This document shows, piece by piece, positions 1 to 11,189 of a stretch of 64,000 nt of DNA. The translations under genes were made by a program, and so were the position numbers. The DNA comes from an uncultured Candidatus Actinomarina sp. GTDB taxonomy: Bacteria > Actinomycetota > Acidimicrobiia > Actinomarinales > Actinomarinaceae. The stretch covers positions 70,858-134,857 of the forward strand of contig CACJUH010000001.1 of NCBI GenBank assembly GCA_902596545.1, given 5' to 3'. Each line of letters opens with the position of its first letter. Within the stretch, counting starts at the first letter, position 1. Below the pieces are notes generated by a model. It saw only the letters and a program-made list of their open reading frames with translations. It was not told the origin of the DNA and searched no databases.

Positions 1-1
1 A

Positions 2-847
2 AAATCTAAAGCAGATGAAGAAAAGCTTTCAGAAGGACTCCAAAAACTTGCTGAAGAAGATCCGACATTTAGAGTTCAGTCAGATGAAGAAACAGGACAA
101 ACAATTATTTCTGGTATGGGAGAGTTACATCTAGACATACTTGTAGACAGACTCAAACGAGAATTTAAGGTTGAAGCTAATATTGGTAAGCCTCAAGTAG
201 CCTATAGAGAAGCACTTAAAAAGAAAACAGATGTTGAGGCAAAATACATCCGTCAAAGTGGTGGTAGGGGTCAGTATGGACACGTCATTATGGAATTTGA
301 GCCAATTGAAGATGGTTACGAGTTTGTAGATTTAATTAAAAGCGGGAGGATTCCAAAAGAATATATTCCTTCTGTCAACGCTGGTGTTGAAGCTGCAATG
401 GAAACAGGTGTGTTAGCTGGATATCCTTTAGTAAATGTAAAAGCAACTTTAAAGGACGGCACTTATCATGATGTAGACTCCTCTGAAATGGCTTTTAAAA
501 TTGCTGGCTCCATGGCATTAAAAGATGGAGCAAAAAAAGCAGGAGTTAAACTACTAGAACCTGTAATGAATGTAGAAGTAGTGACACCTGAAGATTTTAT
601 GGGAGATGTTGTCGGAGATCTTTCCTCAAGAAGAGGCAAGATAGCTGAAATGGAGCAAAGAGGATCTGCAAAGGTTGTCAATGCTAAAGTACCGTTATCA
701 GAAATGTTTGGATACGCAACTGATTTGCGTTCCCGAACACAAGGCCGTGCAACATTTACGATGCAGTTTGATAGTTATGAAGACGTACCAGACAGCATAA
801 CTAAAGAAATAACTGCGAGTATTCGTGGAGTAGAGGTAGAAGTTTAA
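2..847 (+). CDS. fusA: Elongation factor G, C-terminal part (5' end lies outside the window)
   Basis: The frame is open from nt 2. The translation ([25 protein letters not shown]...[31 protein letters not shown]) matches EF-G domains IV and V. Stop at 845-847. Confidence 0.9.
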   Translation, partial: KSKADEEKLSEGLQKLAEEDPTFRVQSDEETGQTIISGMGELHLDILVDRLKREFKVEANIGKPQVAYREALKKKTDVEAKYIRQSGGRGQYGHVIMEFEPIEDGYEFVDLIKSGRIPKEYIPSVNAGVEAAMETGVLAGYPLVNVKATLKDGTYHDVDSSEMAFKIAGSMALKDGAKKAGVKLLEPVMNVEVVTPEDFMGDVVGDLSSRRGKIAEMEQRGSAKVVNAKVPLSEMFGYATDLRSRTQGRATFTMQFDSYEDVPDSITKEITASIRGVEVEV

Positions 848-884
848 ACCTGAATGGGTTTAAATTTATAAAAAAGGAGAAAAT

Positions 885-2069
885 ATGTCAAAGGAAAAAT
901 TTGACCGTAGCAAGCCTCATGTGAACGTTGGTACAATGGGACACATTGACCACGGTAAAACGACATTGACGGCCGCTATTACAAAAGTCTTATCCGATGC
1001 TAGCGGTGGTGAAGCTACTGCTTTTGAAGATATTGACAAAGCCCCTGAAGAGAGGGAAAGAGGAATCACTATCCAGATTGCTCACGTTGAGTATGAGACT
1101 GAAAACAGACATTATGCTCACGTAGACATGCCTGGTCACGCTGATTATGTTAAAAACATGATTACAGGTGCGGCACAAGTTGATGGAGCAATTTTGGTTG
1201 TATCTGCAGCAGATGGTCCTATGCCACAAACTAGAGAACACGTTCTACTAGCAAGACAAGTTGGTGTACCAGCTATTGCAGTATTCCTTAATAAAGTCGA
1301 CCAAGTTGATGACGATGAGCTTTTAGATCTTGTAGAAATGGAAGTTAGAGAATTATTAAACGAGTATGACTTTCCTGGTGATGATGTTCCAGTAGTAAAA
1401 GGTTCAGCACTTGCTGCTCTTGAGGGTAAAGAAGAAGGCATAAACGCTGTTAAAGAATTAATGGATCAAGTTGACGCCTACATCGAAGAGCCAACAAGAA
1501 TAGTTGATAAACCATTTTTGATGCCTGTTGAGGATGTGTTCTCTATCACTGGTAGAGGTACTGTTGTTACAGGAAGAATTGAACAAGGTATTGTCAACGT
1601 TAACGAAGAAGTTGAGATTGTTGGAATTAGAGAAACAACTAAATCAGTATGTACTGGTGTTGAGATGTTTAGAAAACTTCTTGATGAAGGTAGAGCTGGT
1701 GACAACGTTGGACTTCTTTTAAGAGGCGTAGACAAAGATGATGTTGAGAGAGGCCAAGTTATTGCTAAACCTGGTTCAATCACACCACATACTAAATTTG
1801 AAGCTGAAGTTTATGTGCTTACAAAAGAAGAGGGTGGTAGACACAACCCATTCTTTAAAGGTTATAGACCTCAGTTTTATTTCAGAACAACTGATGTAAC
1901 TGGCGAAGTCAGTCTTTCAGAAGGTACTGAAATGGTCATGCCTGGTGACAACGTTGCTATCTCTGTTGAGCTTATATCCCCAATTGCTATGGAAGAGGGT
2001 GTAAAGTTCGCAATTAGAGAAGGCGGAAGAACAGTTGGAGCTGGACAAGTGACAAAGGTTATTGAGTAA
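885..2069 (+). CDS. tuf: Elongation factor Tu
   Basis: 394 aa with GHIDHGKTT and DMPGHADY([10 protein letters not shown]) G-motifs. AAAGGAG ribosome-binding site 8 nt upstream. Confidence 0.97.
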   Translation: MSKEKFDRSKPHVNVGTMGHIDHGKTTLTAAITKVLSDASGGEATAFEDIDKAPEERERGITIQIAHVEYETENRHYAHVDMPGHADYVKNMITGAAQVDGAILVVSAADGPMPQTREHVLLARQVGVPAIAVFLNKVDQVDDDELLDLVEMEVRELLNEYDFPGDDVPVVKGSALAALEGKEEGINAVKELMDQVDAYIEEPTRIVDKPFLMPVEDVFSITGRGTVVTGRIEQGIVNVNEEVEIVGIRETTKSVCTGVEMFRKLLDEGRAGDNVGLLLRGVDKDDVERGQVIAKPGSITPHTKFEAEVYVLTKEEGGRHNPFFKGYRPQFYFRTTDVTGEVSLSEGTEMVMPGDNVAISVELISPIAMEEGVKFAIREGGRTVGAGQVTKVIE

Positions 2070-2079
2070 TAAAAACTAA

Positions 2080-2113
2080 CCGGGAGTAGAATTCATACTC
2101 CCGGTTTTTTTTT
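2080..2113 (+). terminator. Rho-independent terminator after tuf, also the likely S10-operon leader hairpin
   Basis: ccgggagta-gaattca-tactcccgg stem followed by a T9 run. Only ~10 nt separate it from the rpsJ start. Confidence 0.7.
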
Positions 2114-2122
2114 GAGGAAAAA

Positions 2123-2434
2123 ATGGCAAAAGAACAGCAAATTAGAATAAAGCTAAAAGCATATGACAATTATGTCGTAGACGAGTCTGCACGTAAAATT
2201 GCTGAAACTGTCATAAAAACTCAGGCCAAGGTAAAAGGTCCAATTCCTCTACCTACAAAAATTCATAGATATTGTGTCATCAGATCACCTCATGTTGATA
2301 AAAAATCAAGAGAACACTTTGAAATGAGAATTCATAAACGTTTGATTGATATCGTAGAACCAACACCAAAAACTGTAGATTCATTAATGAGACTTGATTT
2401 ACCTGCTGGTGTAGAGGTAGAAATTAAATTATGA
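2123..2434 (+). CDS. rpsJ: 30S ribosomal protein S10
   Basis: 103 aa, [15 protein letters not shown]... is a typical S10 sequence. Confidence 0.95.
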   Translation: MAKEQQIRIKLKAYDNYVVDESARKIAETVIKTQAKVKGPIPLPTKIHRYCVIRSPHVDKKSREHFEMRIHKRLIDIVEPTPKTVDSLMRLDLPAGVEVEIKL

Positions 2435-3063
2435 AAACTTTAATTGCAAAAAAAATTGGAATGACTCAAATTTATGATGAAAATTCAAAATCCCTTGGGG
2501 TTACGGTCTTGGATGTGTCAGACTGTAGAGTTGTCCAAGTTAAAAATAATGAAAAAGACGGATATAGTGCAGTTCAACTAACTATTGGTAAAAAGAAAAA
2601 TCTTTCAAAACCTCTTGAGAGTCACTACAAAAAATATGATGTTGAACCAGGAGAAGTTTTACATGAAGTTAAGGTTGATGAAGACTCTGAATTAAATCCA
2701 GGAGCAAAGATCAATGTTAAAGATTTTTTTGAGATAGGCCAGAAAGTAGACATTACTGGAATATCGAAAGGTAAAGGTTTTGCTGGTGTTATGAAAAGAC
2801 ATAACTTTTCTGGACAAAAAGCTAGTCACGGTGTGCATAAAGTTCATAGAGCTGGTGGTTCGATTGGAAATGCATCTTTTCCTGGACATGTTTTCAAAGG
2901 ACAAAAAATGGCAGGTCGTATGGGAAATCAAAAAACTACTATTCAATCTGTGACAATCGTAGGTTTGAATGAAGAAAAAAATTATTTATTAGTTAATGGT
3001 TCTGTCCCTGGTAATAAAGGAAATATCGTGCAAGTACAAAGTGCAGTGAAGGTTAACCAATGA
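2431..3063 (+). CDS. rplC: 50S ribosomal protein L3
   Basis: 210 aa. Overlaps the rpsJ stop (ATGA). Conserved L3 motifs ([17 protein letters not shown]). Confidence 0.95.
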   Translation: MKTLIAKKIGMTQIYDENSKSLGVTVLDVSDCRVVQVKNNEKDGYSAVQLTIGKKKNLSKPLESHYKKYDVEPGEVLHEVKVDEDSELNPGAKINVKDFFEIGQKVDITGISKGKGFAGVMKRHNFSGQKASHGVHKVHRAGGSIGNASFPGHVFKGQKMAGRMGNQKTTIQSVTIVGLNEEKNYLLVNGSVPGNKGNIVQVQSAVKVNQ

Positions 3064-3680
3064 CTGTAAAGCTGGACACTATAAATATATCTGATAATAA
3101 AGTTTCAAAAAAACAATATGCTTTTAACAAGTTAGACGACATAAATCTTGGATTGCTTCATCAAGTCGTAAAAGGCAGCAGAACTAATTTTAGGAATAAT
3201 ACTGCAAGTGTTAAAACACGTGCACAGGTATCTGGAACAGGTGCAAAACCTTGGGCACAAAAGGGAACAGGTAGGGCTAGACAAGGTTCTCTGAGATCCC
3301 CACAATTCGCTGGGGGTGGTGTTGCACATGGACCTGGTACAAGAGTTTATCAAGACAGAACTCCAAAAAAAATGAAAAAGAAAGCTCTGGATATGGCAAT
3401 ATCACAAAGAATTGAAGAGAGTTCGGTTTTTGTAATTAATGGATCAGATTTTTCTACACCATCTACCAAACAAGCAGTTGCTTCTCTAAATGAGTTAAAT
3501 ATAGAAAGAAATTTTACATTTATTTACAGTGATAACGATGAAAATTTATACAAATCCTTTAATAATATTCCAAAATCAAGACTGGTATCTGTGAAAAAAC
3601 TAGCTGCTATCGACATCATTTCGACAGATGATACAATTTTTTCTGTCGATGCAATCTCAGAATTCTTAGGAGAAGAATAA
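3060..3680 (+). CDS. rplD: 50S ribosomal protein L4
   Basis: 206 aa, sits at the L4 position in the S10 operon and has L4-like sequence. Confidence 0.92.
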   Translation: MTVKLDTINISDNKVSKKQYAFNKLDDINLGLLHQVVKGSRTNFRNNTASVKTRAQVSGTGAKPWAQKGTGRARQGSLRSPQFAGGGVAHGPGTRVYQDRTPKKMKKKALDMAISQRIEESSVFVINGSDFSTPSTKQAVASLNELNIERNFTFIYSDNDENLYKSFNNIPKSRLVSVKKLAAIDIISTDDTIFSVDAISEFLGEE

Positions 3681-3967
3681 TGAAATATCTAGAAGATGTT
3701 TTAATCGCTCCAGTTATATCAGAAAAATCATATGATAGAATTTCTGATTCAAATTCTTACTCCTTTTTTGTTCACCCAAAAACAGACAAACCACAAATTA
3801 AAAAGGCAGTTGAAGAAATGTTTGGTGTAAAAGTTTTAAGAGTCAACACAATGTATCGAAAAGGTAAGAAAAAAAGATTTGGATATGTAATTGGCCAACA
3901 AAGTACAAGAAAAATAGCAATAGTTACTCTCGCAGAAGGCGATACTATTGAGGCTTTTGGAGTTTAA
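3680..3967 (+). CDS. rplW: 50S ribosomal protein L23
   Basis: 95 aa, L23-like, conserved operon position. Confidence 0.92.
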   Translation: MKYLEDVLIAPVISEKSYDRISDSNSYSFFVHPKTDKPQIKKAVEEMFGVKVLRVNTMYRKGKKKRFGYVIGQQSTRKIAIVTLAEGDTIEAFGV

Positions 3968-3969
3968 AA

Positions 3970-4803
3970 ATGGGTTCAAAGAAAATTAGACCAGTTACTC
4001 CCGGAATGCGTGGTCAGGTTGCTACAGATTTTAAAGATATTACAAAAAAGAAACCTGAAAAATCACTTTTAGAGTCAAAAAAATCATCTGGTGGTCGAAA
4101 TAACAAAGGAAGAATTACTTCAAGGCACAGAGGTGGAGGACACAAACAAAAATATAGAGTAATAGATTTCAAAAGAATTAAAGATGGCATCCCTGCACGA
4201 GTTGCTGGAATTGAATATGATCCAAATAGAAATGCAAGAATTGCCCTTCTGCACTATGTTGATGGAGAAAAGTCATATATTATTGCACCAGATGGCATAT
4301 CCGTTGACTCTAGAGTAGAGTCAGGACCAAAAGCAGATATTAAAGATGGCAATTGTTTACCATTAAGAAATATACCCGCAGGTACTTTTGTACATGCCGT
4401 TGAATTAAGACCTGGTGGTGGAGCAAAGATGGCAAGATCAGCAGGATCATCTGTTCAGCTTATGAGTAAAGAGGGTGATTCAGCATTGCTTCGCTTACCA
4501 TCTGGAGAAATGAGAACAGTTCCAATGGATTGTAGAGCAACTGTAGGAATTGTTGGAAATGCTGAAGCAGAACTTACAAAATTAGGTAAAGCAGGTAGAA
4601 GTAGATGGAAAGGGGTTAGGCCACAGACAAGAGGTGTTGCCATGAACCCTGTCGACCATCCTTTAGGTGGAGGAGAAGGAAAATCCTCTGGTGGTAGAGT
4701 GCCTGTTAGCCCATGGGGTAAACCAGAAAAGAAGACTAGGAAAAAGAAAAAGTACAGCAATAAATCAATTGTTAGAAGAAGATCACAAAAAGGTAGAAAT
4801 TAA
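3970..4803 (+). CDS. rplB: 50S ribosomal protein L2
   Basis: 277 aa, conserved L2 core with a basic C-terminal tail. Confidence 0.95.
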   Translation: MGSKKIRPVTPGMRGQVATDFKDITKKKPEKSLLESKKSSGGRNNKGRITSRHRGGGHKQKYRVIDFKRIKDGIPARVAGIEYDPNRNARIALLHYVDGEKSYIIAPDGISVDSRVESGPKADIKDGNCLPLRNIPAGTFVHAVELRPGGGAKMARSAGSSVQLMSKEGDSALLRLPSGEMRTVPMDCRATVGIVGNAEAELTKLGKAGRSRWKGVRPQTRGVAMNPVDHPLGGGEGKSSGGRVPVSPWGKPEKKTRKKKKYSNKSIVRRRSQKGRN

Positions 4804-4804
4804 C

Positions 4805-5068
4805 ATGGCTAGAAGTTTAAGAAAAGGACCATTTGTAGATGAACATCTGCTTAAAAAAGTAGAAGATGCTCAAAATACTGGCAATAAATCTGTTATTAAA
4901 ACTTGGAGCAGAAGATCAACAGTAGTTCCTGAAATGGTTGGACTTACTATTGCAGTTCATAATGGGAGACAGCATCTACCTGTATTTATAACTGAAGCGA
5001 TGGTAGGTCACAAACTTGGAGAATTTTCACCAACAAGAACTTTCAAAGGACATCCGGGACAAAACTAA
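4805..5068 (+). CDS. rpsS: 30S ribosomal protein S19
   Basis: Trimmed from the longer ORF (4667..5068) to ATG 4805, giving [15 protein letters not shown], the canonical S19 N-terminus. TAACATG junction with rplB. Confidence 0.92.
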   Translation: MARSLRKGPFVDEHLLKKVEDAQNTGNKSVIKTWSRRSTVVPEMVGLTIAVHNGRQHLPVFITEAMVGHKLGEFSPTRTFKGHPGQN

Positions 5069-5415
5069 TGGAAAACACAACAGTTAAAGCACAAGGAAAA
5101 TATATAAGACAATCACCTTATAAAATGAGGTTAGTTCTTAATTTAATTAGGGGTCTTGATGTTCAAGAAGCTTTAAATGTTTTAACATTTACTAAAAGAA
5201 GAGCAGCTGTTGAAATTAAACAAGTATTAGAAAGCGCTATATCTAATGCTGAAGCAAACTATAATCTAAATGCTTCTGATTTATATATATCAAAAGCTAT
5301 TGCTGATGAAGGTCCTACATTGAAAAGATTTAGACCAAGAGCAAGAGGAAGAGCAGGAAGAATTAATAAGAGGACATCTCATTTATTGATTGAACTAGAA
5401 AGTGTGAGTGAATAA
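5068..5415 (+). CDS. rplV: 50S ribosomal protein L22
   Basis: 115 aa, L22-like, operon position. Confidence 0.92.
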   Translation: MENTTVKAQGKYIRQSPYKMRLVLNLIRGLDVQEALNVLTFTKRRAAVEIKQVLESAISNAEANYNLNASDLYISKAIADEGPTLKRFRPRARGRAGRINKRTSHLLIELESVSE

Positions 5416-6314
5416 TGGGTCAAAAAACTCATCCATATGCATTTAGAATTGGAATCGTTAACGATTGGAAGTCACGTTGGTTTAATAGTAAAGACTACAA
5501 GGATTTAGTAAATCAAGATTATCAAATAAGAAAGTTGCTTTCAAAAGAACTACCAAAAGCTGCAGTGTCAAGAATTGAAATTGAAAGAAGAGATAAGGGA
5601 GGAACCCTTACAGTTGACATTCACACTGCAAGACCAGGTGTCGTAATAGGTAGAAAAGGTGTTGAAGCTGATCGTCTTAGAAAAGGTATTGAGAAGCTTT
5701 CAAAACAACCTGTTAAATTAAACATTATTGAAATCAGAGAAGCTGAGCTAGACGCACAATTGTTAGCAAGAGGTATAGCAGATCAGTTAGAAAACAGAGT
5801 TGCATTTCGTAGAGCAATGAAAAGAGCTGTTTCTGCAGCGCTTAAAGCAGGTGCTGAAGGAGTAAGAGTTGAGTGTTCAGGTAGACTTGGTGGTGCTGAA
5901 ATGGGGCGTAGAGAATGGTATAGAGAAGGAAGAGTACCATTACATACCCTAAGAGCCGATATAGATTTTGGAAGAGCAGCCGCGCATACTACAGTAGGAG
6001 CAATTGGGGTAAAAGTTTGGGTTTACAAAGGTGATGTTGTCGGCTCAAACAAGTTAAGACAAGAAAAAATTTCCGCTGAAGCCAATTTAGCTAGTGGTGG
6101 CCCAGCAGCTGGAAGAGTAAAATCAGTTAAATCAAGAGCTGAAGCTGCAGTGGGAGAGAAAAAAGAATCGAAGATTCTAGAAGCTGGCGGTGGTAAAAAA
6201 TCTGGAGAAGATAAGACCTCAAATATAGTTGAAGCTGGAGGCGGTAAAAAAATTACAAAAGAAACTGCTCAAGCTGAATTTGAAGAAGAAAAATCTATCT
6301 TAGAAGAAGAGTAA
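5415..6314 (+). CDS. rpsC: 30S ribosomal protein S3 with a repetitive C-terminal extension
   Basis: 299 aa. S3 KH/S3-C core followed by a ~70 aa low-complexity tail with a tandem EAGGGKK repeat. Confidence 0.93.
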   Translation: MGQKTHPYAFRIGIVNDWKSRWFNSKDYKDLVNQDYQIRKLLSKELPKAAVSRIEIERRDKGGTLTVDIHTARPGVVIGRKGVEADRLRKGIEKLSKQPVKLNIIEIREAELDAQLLARGIADQLENRVAFRRAMKRAVSAALKAGAEGVRVECSGRLGGAEMGRREWYREGRVPLHTLRADIDFGRAAAHTTVGAIGVKVWVYKGDVVGSNKLRQEKISAEANLASGGPAAGRVKSVKSRAEAAVGEKKESKILEAGGGKKSGEDKTSNIVEAGGGKKITKETAQAEFEEEKSILEEE

Positions 6315-6317
6315 ATT

Positions 6318-6731
6318 ATGTTGATGCCTAAAAAGACAAAATACAGAAAATCTCATAGAGGAAGAAGAAAAGGAAACTCTAAAGGTGGGAACACTGTAAA
6401 TTTTGGTGACTATGGAATTCAAGCAGTTGAAACTTCATATGTCACAGGAAGACAGATAGAAGCTGCAAGAATTACAATAACTAGAACCATGAAACGTGGT
6501 GGAAAAGTATGGATCAACATTTTTCCTCATAAACCTGTAACTCAAAAACCTGCTGAGGTAAGGATGGGCTCTGGTAAAGGAAACGTCGAATATTATGTAG
6601 CTGTAGTAAAACCTGGTCGCATAATTTTTGAGATTTCTGGTGTTCCAGAAGATGTTGCAAGAGAAGCTATGAGAAAAGCCGGTCATAAATTACCAATGAA
6701 AACTAAATTTGTAAAAAGGGATAACTTATGA
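6318..6731 (+). CDS. rplP: 50S ribosomal protein L16
   Basis: [11 protein letters not shown] is the canonical L16 N-terminus. Confidence 0.95.
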   Translation: MLMPKKTKYRKSHRGRRKGNSKGGNTVNFGDYGIQAVETSYVTGRQIEAARITITRTMKRGGKVWINIFPHKPVTQKPAEVRMGSGKGNVEYYVAVVKPGRIIFEISGVPEDVAREAMRKAGHKLPMKTKFVKRDNL

Positions 6732-6940
6732 GCGTGAATGATTTAAGAGAGCTTTCTGTCACTGAATTGAAAAATAAGATAGTTGATCTCAAAAAAGAAC
6801 TTATGGATTCAAGGTTTGCTTTAGCTACAAGCCAATTAGAAGACACCTCTGTATTTAAAAAAATTAGAAAAGAGATCGCTCAAGCAAATACTGTTTTGAC
6901 TGAAAAGCTTAGTGTTGAAAATGTTGAGGAAGGTGAGTAA
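6728..6940 (+). CDS. rpmC: 50S ribosomal protein L29
   Basis: 70 aa, L29-like, operon position, overlapping start. Confidence 0.9.
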   Translation: MSVNDLRELSVTELKNKIVDLKKELMDSRFALATSQLEDTSVFKKIRKEIAQANTVLTEKLSVENVEEGE

Positions 6941-7203
6941 TGGTAGAAGAATCAAGATCTTTTAGAAAAACTAGAACCGGAATTGTCACTTCTGATTCAA
7001 GAGAAAAAACAGTTACTGTTTCAATTGAAATTCAATTCCCACATCCAAAATATAAAAAAATTGTAAAGAAGACTAGAAAATTACATGCACATGATGAAAA
7101 TTTCGACGCAAAAATTGGTGATACAGTAAAAATTATGGAAACTAAGCCATATTCAAAAACAAAGCGTTGGAGAATTACTGAAATTGTAGAAAGAGCAAGA
7201 TGA
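6940..7203 (+). CDS. rpsQ: 30S ribosomal protein S17
   Basis: 87 aa, S17-like. Confidence 0.92.
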   Translation: MVEESRSFRKTRTGIVTSDSREKTVTVSIEIQFPHPKYKKIVKKTRKLHAHDENFDAKIGDTVKIMETKPYSKTKRWRITEIVERAR

Positions 7204-7568
7204 TACAGAAAGAGTCAAGACTAAAAGTTGCTGATAATTCAGGTGCAAAAGAAGTACTTTGTATAAAGGTTAAAGGTAGTTCCAGAATTAGATATGCAGG
7301 CTTAGGTGATGTTTTTGTAGCCACTGTAAAAGACGCTATTCCTGGAGGTCAAATTAAAAAAGGAGATATTGTCAACGCGGTAGTTGTCCGAACAAAAAAA
7401 GAAACTAGAAGAAAAGATGGTACATATATTAGATTTGACGAAAACGCCTGTGTCATTATTAACGAGCAAGATCAACCTAGGGGTACAAGAATTTTTGGTC
7501 CAGTTGGTCGTGAACTTAGAGAAAAAAGATTTATGAGAATAGTTTCATTAGCGCCGGAGGTTTTGTAA
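7200..7568 (+). CDS. rplN: 50S ribosomal protein L14
   Basis: 122 aa, [17 protein letters not shown] is the canonical L14 sequence. Confidence 0.95.
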   Translation: MIQKESRLKVADNSGAKEVLCIKVKGSSRIRYAGLGDVFVATVKDAIPGGQIKKGDIVNAVVVRTKKETRRKDGTYIRFDENACVIINEQDQPRGTRIFGPVGRELREKRFMRIVSLAPEVL

Positions 7569-7870
7569 TGAAAATTCAAAAAGGAGACTTAGTTAAAGTC
7601 ATATCTGGTAAAGATTCAGGAAAACAAGGAAAAGTCTTGCAAGCATTTCCAAAAAAAGGGACTGTTCTTGTTGAGGGTGTGAATATTACAAAGAAACATC
7701 AAAAACCACAAGGTCAAACAATGCAGGGCGGTGTAATCGACAAGAGTATGCCAATAGATGTCTCCAACGTTGCTTTAGTTGTCAAGAAAAAGTCAGGCAG
7801 AGTGAGTTATAAATTTGATAAAAATGGTAAGAAGTATCGAGTGCTAGCACAAACAGGTGATGAAGTATGA
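7568..7870 (+). CDS. rplX: 50S ribosomal protein L24
   Basis: 100 aa, KVKKGDxVxVIxGKDKGKxG-like motif. Confidence 0.92.
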   Translation: MKIQKGDLVKVISGKDSGKQGKVLQAFPKKGTVLVEGVNITKKHQKPQGQTMQGGVIDKSMPIDVSNVALVVKKKSGRVSYKFDKNGKKYRVLAQTGDEV

Positions 7871-8412
7871 TACCAAGATTAAAAGAGCAGTTTAATACTG
7901 AATTGAAAACTTCAGTTATGGAGCAACTTAGCCTTAATAATGTAAATGAGATACCAACACTTGATAAAATTATTATCAACATTGGTGATGGTAAAGCTGC
8001 TACAGATGGAAGAGCACTTGAGTCTATGATTGATGAGTTAACAGCTATATCAGGACAAAAACCAGTAATTAGGCGTGCAAAAAAATCAATTGCGGGATTT
8101 AAAATACGAGAAGGCATGCCAATTGGTGTAGCAGTAACTCTTCGTGGTGATCGTATGTGGGAATTTTATGACAGATTTGTTCAAGTAGTTGTTCCAAGAA
8201 TCAGAGACTTTAGAGGTTTTAATAAAAAATCATTTGATGGAAATGGGAATTATACACTCGGACTTAACGAGCAATTAGTTTTTCCAGAAGTTGAATACGA
8301 TAAAGTTCGTGATATAAGAGGTATGAATATTACTATTTGTACTTCTGCTAACGATAACAACCAAGGTTATGTATTATTACAATCGCTAGGATTTCCATTT
8401 AGGGAGAATTAA
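7867..8412 (+). CDS. rplE: 50S ribosomal protein L5
   Basis: 181 aa, L5-like. Confidence 0.95.
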   Translation: MIPRLKEQFNTELKTSVMEQLSLNNVNEIPTLDKIIINIGDGKAATDGRALESMIDELTAISGQKPVIRRAKKSIAGFKIREGMPIGVAVTLRGDRMWEFYDRFVQVVVPRIRDFRGFNKKSFDGNGNYTLGLNEQLVFPEVEYDKVRDIRGMNITICTSANDNNQGYVLLQSLGFPFREN

Positions 8413-8414
8413 TT

Positions 8415-8720
8415 ATGGCAAAAACAAGCAAGATAGTTAAAAACAATAAAAGAAAAAGAACGATAGGTGTTTACTCCGATAGACGTCAAGAGCTTCTTAA
8501 AATTATTAAGGACCCCAATACTTCTTATGATGAAAAAAGAGAAGCGCAAAAAAAGATTGCTAAGATGCCAAGAGATGCTTCTCCAACAAGGCATAGAAAT
8601 AGGTGTGAAGTTACAGGAAGGCCTCGAGGTAATCTGAGAAAGTTTGGTATGTCCAGAAATACGTTCAGAGATTTAGCCCTTAAAGGAGAACTACCCGGAA
8701 TAAAGAAAGCGTCTTGGTAA
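8415..8720 (+). CDS. rpsN: 30S ribosomal protein S14, long zinc-independent type
   Basis: 101 aa with the ...[12 protein letters not shown]...[10 protein letters not shown]-terminus, like the E. coli long form. No CxxC...CxxC zinc ribbon. Confidence 0.93.
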   Translation: MAKTSKIVKNNKRKRTIGVYSDRRQELLKIIKDPNTSYDEKREAQKKIAKMPRDASPTRHRNRCEVTGRPRGNLRKFGMSRNTFRDLALKGELPGIKKASW

Positions 8721-8721
8721 A

Positions 8722-9120
8722 ATGAATTCAGATCCAATTTCAGATTTTTTGACTCGAATCAGAAATGCTTCAATGGTCAACAAACCATCAGTTATCGTTC
8801 CTCATTCAAAATTCAAGTTGGAACTGTCTAAACTTTTAAAAAATGAGGGCTATATAAGTGATGTAAAAGTAATAGAAGAGTCCTCAAAAAAAGAAATTCA
8901 AATTGATTTAAAATACTCAGAAGAAGGTGCACCTGTGCTTGCTGGTTTGAACAGATTAAGTAAGCCTGGTAGAAGACTATATGTTGGATCCGAATCACTT
9001 CCAAGAAATAACGGTGGTTTAGGTACAGTAATTATCTCAACATCTCGAGGGTTGCTTCCTGATTCTGAAGCTAGAAAACGAAAACTCGGTGGAGAGCTTA
9101 TTTGTGAGGTTTGGTCATGA
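8722..9120 (+). CDS. rpsH: 30S ribosomal protein S8
   Basis: 132 aa, S8-like. Confidence 0.93.
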   Translation: MNSDPISDFLTRIRNASMVNKPSVIVPHSKFKLELSKLLKNEGYISDVKVIEESSKKEIQIDLKYSEEGAPVLAGLNRLSKPGRRLYVGSESLPRNNGGLGTVIISTSRGLLPDSEARKRKLGGELICEVWS

Positions 9121-9668
9121 GCAGAATAGGAAATAAGCCAGTTTTAATCCCTGAAAAAATAGAAATGAATTTAAATGGCAATTCAATTATTGTTAAAGGT
9201 CCAAAAGGAGAATTAACTACTGAAATTGTTGATGAGAGAATTAAATTTGAAATTAAAGAAAATGAATTATTATTCTCAAGAACTTCCGAAGCTCCAGAGG
9301 TTAGAAGCTTACATGGTTTGTACAGATCTTTAGTTGCTAACAATATTGAAGGAGTATTAGAAGGATATAGTAAAACACTTTTACTTCAAGGTGTTGGACA
9401 CAGAGCCACTCTAAAGGGCAATGATATTGAAATTTTATGCGGCTTCTCTCATCCTGTACTGTTTAATCAAGTTGAGGGAATAAAATATGAAGTGCCTGAT
9501 CAAAACACAATAATAGTTTCCGGAATTGACAAAGCGCTAGTAGGTCAAGTTGCTGCAAATATACGAGCAATTAAACCACCTGAACCATATAAAGGCAAAG
9601 GTATAAGATACAAAGATGAATATGTTAGAAGAAAAGCAGGTAAGGCTGCTGTAACAGCTGGAGCTTAA
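9117..9668 (+). CDS. rplF: 50S ribosomal protein L6
   Basis: Starts at ATG 9117 (MSRIGNKPV), overlapping the rpsH TGA. The track ORF begins at TTG 9111 instead. Confidence 0.9.
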   Translation: MSRIGNKPVLIPEKIEMNLNGNSIIVKGPKGELTTEIVDERIKFEIKENELLFSRTSEAPEVRSLHGLYRSLVANNIEGVLEGYSKTLLLQGVGHRATLKGNDIEILCGFSHPVLFNQVEGIKYEVPDQNTIIVSGIDKALVGQVAANIRAIKPPEPYKGKGIRYKDEYVRRKAGKAAVTAGA

Positions 9669-9673
9669 TAACT

Positions 9674-10021
9674 ATGAAAGTTAAAGATAAAAGAATACAC
9701 AGAAAAATTAGAATAAGAAAAAAAATATCTGGCACATCCAAAGTACCTAGGCTTGCTGTTTTTAAAAGCAACAACAATATATATGTTCAAGCAATAGATG
9801 ATCTTAATCAAGTAACTATTGCTTCCGCTAGCACATTGTCTAAAGAGGTAAAAACTAAAACACTATCCGTAGAGTCAGCAAAAGAAGTTGGTGAAGTGAT
9901 GGGTGAAAAGTTAGCAGGATTAAAAATTAAATCCGCTGTTTTTGACAGAGGCGGCTATGTTTACCACGGAAGAATTAAATCTTTAGCTGATGGAATTAGA
10001 GAAAAAGGAATCAAATTTTAA
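9674..10021 (+). CDS. rplR: 50S ribosomal protein L18
   Basis: 115 aa, L18-like. Confidence 0.92.
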   Translation: MKVKDKRIHRKIRIRKKISGTSKVPRLAVFKSNNNIYVQAIDDLNQVTIASASTLSKEVKTKTLSVESAKEVGEVMGEKLAGLKIKSAVFDRGGYVYHGRIKSLADGIREKGIKF

Positions 10022-10572
10022 TGTCTGAATTAGAACTGCAAGAAAGTGTTATACATATTAACAGAGTTGCCAAGGTTGTTAAAGGTGGTAGAAATTTCGC
10101 ATTTACAGCTCTAGTTGCTGTAGGTGATGGAAATGGAAATGCTGGGATTGGATATGGTAAAGGCTCTGAAGTCCCATTAGCTATTCAAAAAGCCATCGAA
10201 GATGCAAAAAAGAATATTTCAGAAATACCTATGGCAGGTTCAACAATAGTTCACTCAATCGTTGGAAAACACGGCTCTTCAAGGGTTCTTTTAAAACCTG
10301 CTGCACCAGGTACAGGAGTTATTGCCGGAGGTGCTGCTCGTCAAGTTCTTGAAGTTGCTGGAGTAAAAGACATATTAGCAAAATCGCTCGGATCCCCAAC
10401 TCATTTAAATGTGGCCAAAGCAACAATCAATGGCCTTCTCAATCAAAGAACGCCTGACAGTGTTGCTAGTTTACGGGGCAAGAAGTCTTCTGAGGTAGCT
10501 CCTCCAGGTTTAGTTGAGGCCTATGAGAAAACAAAAGCTGAAAAAAAAGTAAAGGTTCCTGATGAAAGTTAA
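10021..10572 (+). CDS. rpsE: 30S ribosomal protein S5
   Basis: 183 aa, S5 dsRBD and C-terminal domains. Confidence 0.93.
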   Translation: MSELELQESVIHINRVAKVVKGGRNFAFTALVAVGDGNGNAGIGYGKGSEVPLAIQKAIEDAKKNISEIPMAGSTIVHSIVGKHGSSRVLLKPAAPGTGVIAGGAARQVLEVAGVKDILAKSLGSPTHLNVAKATINGLLNQRTPDSVASLRGKKSSEVAPPGLVEAYEKTKAEKKVKVPDES

Positions 10573-10738
10573 AATAACCTTAAAGAGAAGCTTGATAGGC
10601 GAGAAACCCAAAGCAAGAGAAACTGCCAGAAGTTTAGGATTAAAAAAGATAAATTCTTTTACTGAAAGAGAAGTGAACCCTATGATTCAAGGTATGCTTA
10701 ACAAAATTGAACACCTTGTTGAAATTGAGGAAATCTAA
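10562..10738 (+). CDS. rpmD: 50S ribosomal protein L30
   Basis: 58 aa, [58 protein letters not shown], matches L30. Overlaps the rpsE 3' end by 11 nt and rplO by TAATG. Too short for the ORF track. Confidence 0.85.
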   Translation: MKVKITLKRSLIGEKPKARETARSLGLKKINSFTEREVNPMIQGMLNKIEHLVEIEEI

Positions 10739-11187
10739 TGAAAAAGTTACGTTTTCATCATTTAAAACCAACACCTGGATCTACAAAACAGAAATTAAGA
10801 AAAGGTCGCGGTGAAGCTGGAAAGCGAGGAAAGACTGCAGGTAGAGGAACTAAAGGTACAGGTGCTAGGAAAACCGTTCCTGCATATTTTGAAGGAGGTC
10901 AAATTCCTTTATATAGGAGAATTCCTAAATTAAGAGGTTTAAACAATCCACCTAAAATGTCTTATGTTGTTGTAAATGTAAGTGATCTCGAAGAAAAAGC
11001 TGCTGATGGTGAAGTTAATCCTGATGTTCTTAGGGAACTTGGCTTAACTAGAAAAAAAGGTCTTGTTAAAGTTTTAGGTGATGGTGAAGTTACAAAAAAA
11101 ATTGACCTTAAGATTCACGCGATTAGTGAAGTAGCTAAAAGTAAAATTGAAAGTGCTGGCGGGTCTGTCGAGATAATTAATGAGTAA
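10738..11187 (+). CDS. rplO: 50S ribosomal protein L15
   Basis: 149 aa, glycine- and basic-rich L15 N-terminus. Confidence 0.93.
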   Translation: MKKLRFHHLKPTPGSTKQKLRKGRGEAGKRGKTAGRGTKGTGARKTVPAYFEGGQIPLYRRIPKLRGLNNPPKMSYVVVNVSDLEEKAADGEVNPDVLRELGLTRKKGLVKVLGDGEVTKKIDLKIHAISEVAKSKIESAGGSVEIINE

Positions 11188-11189
11188 TT

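Noticed and set aside
4667-4804. A 46-codon N-terminal extension of rpsS (ORF 4667..5068)
   Set aside because: It runs antisense-free through the 3' end of rplB in another frame. Canonical S19 begins at [10 protein letters not shown] (ATG 4805).
10573-10737. Apparent 165-nt intergenic gap between rpsE and rplO
   Set aside because: It is not intergenic. It encodes L30 (rpmD), which was missed by the ORF track because of its size.
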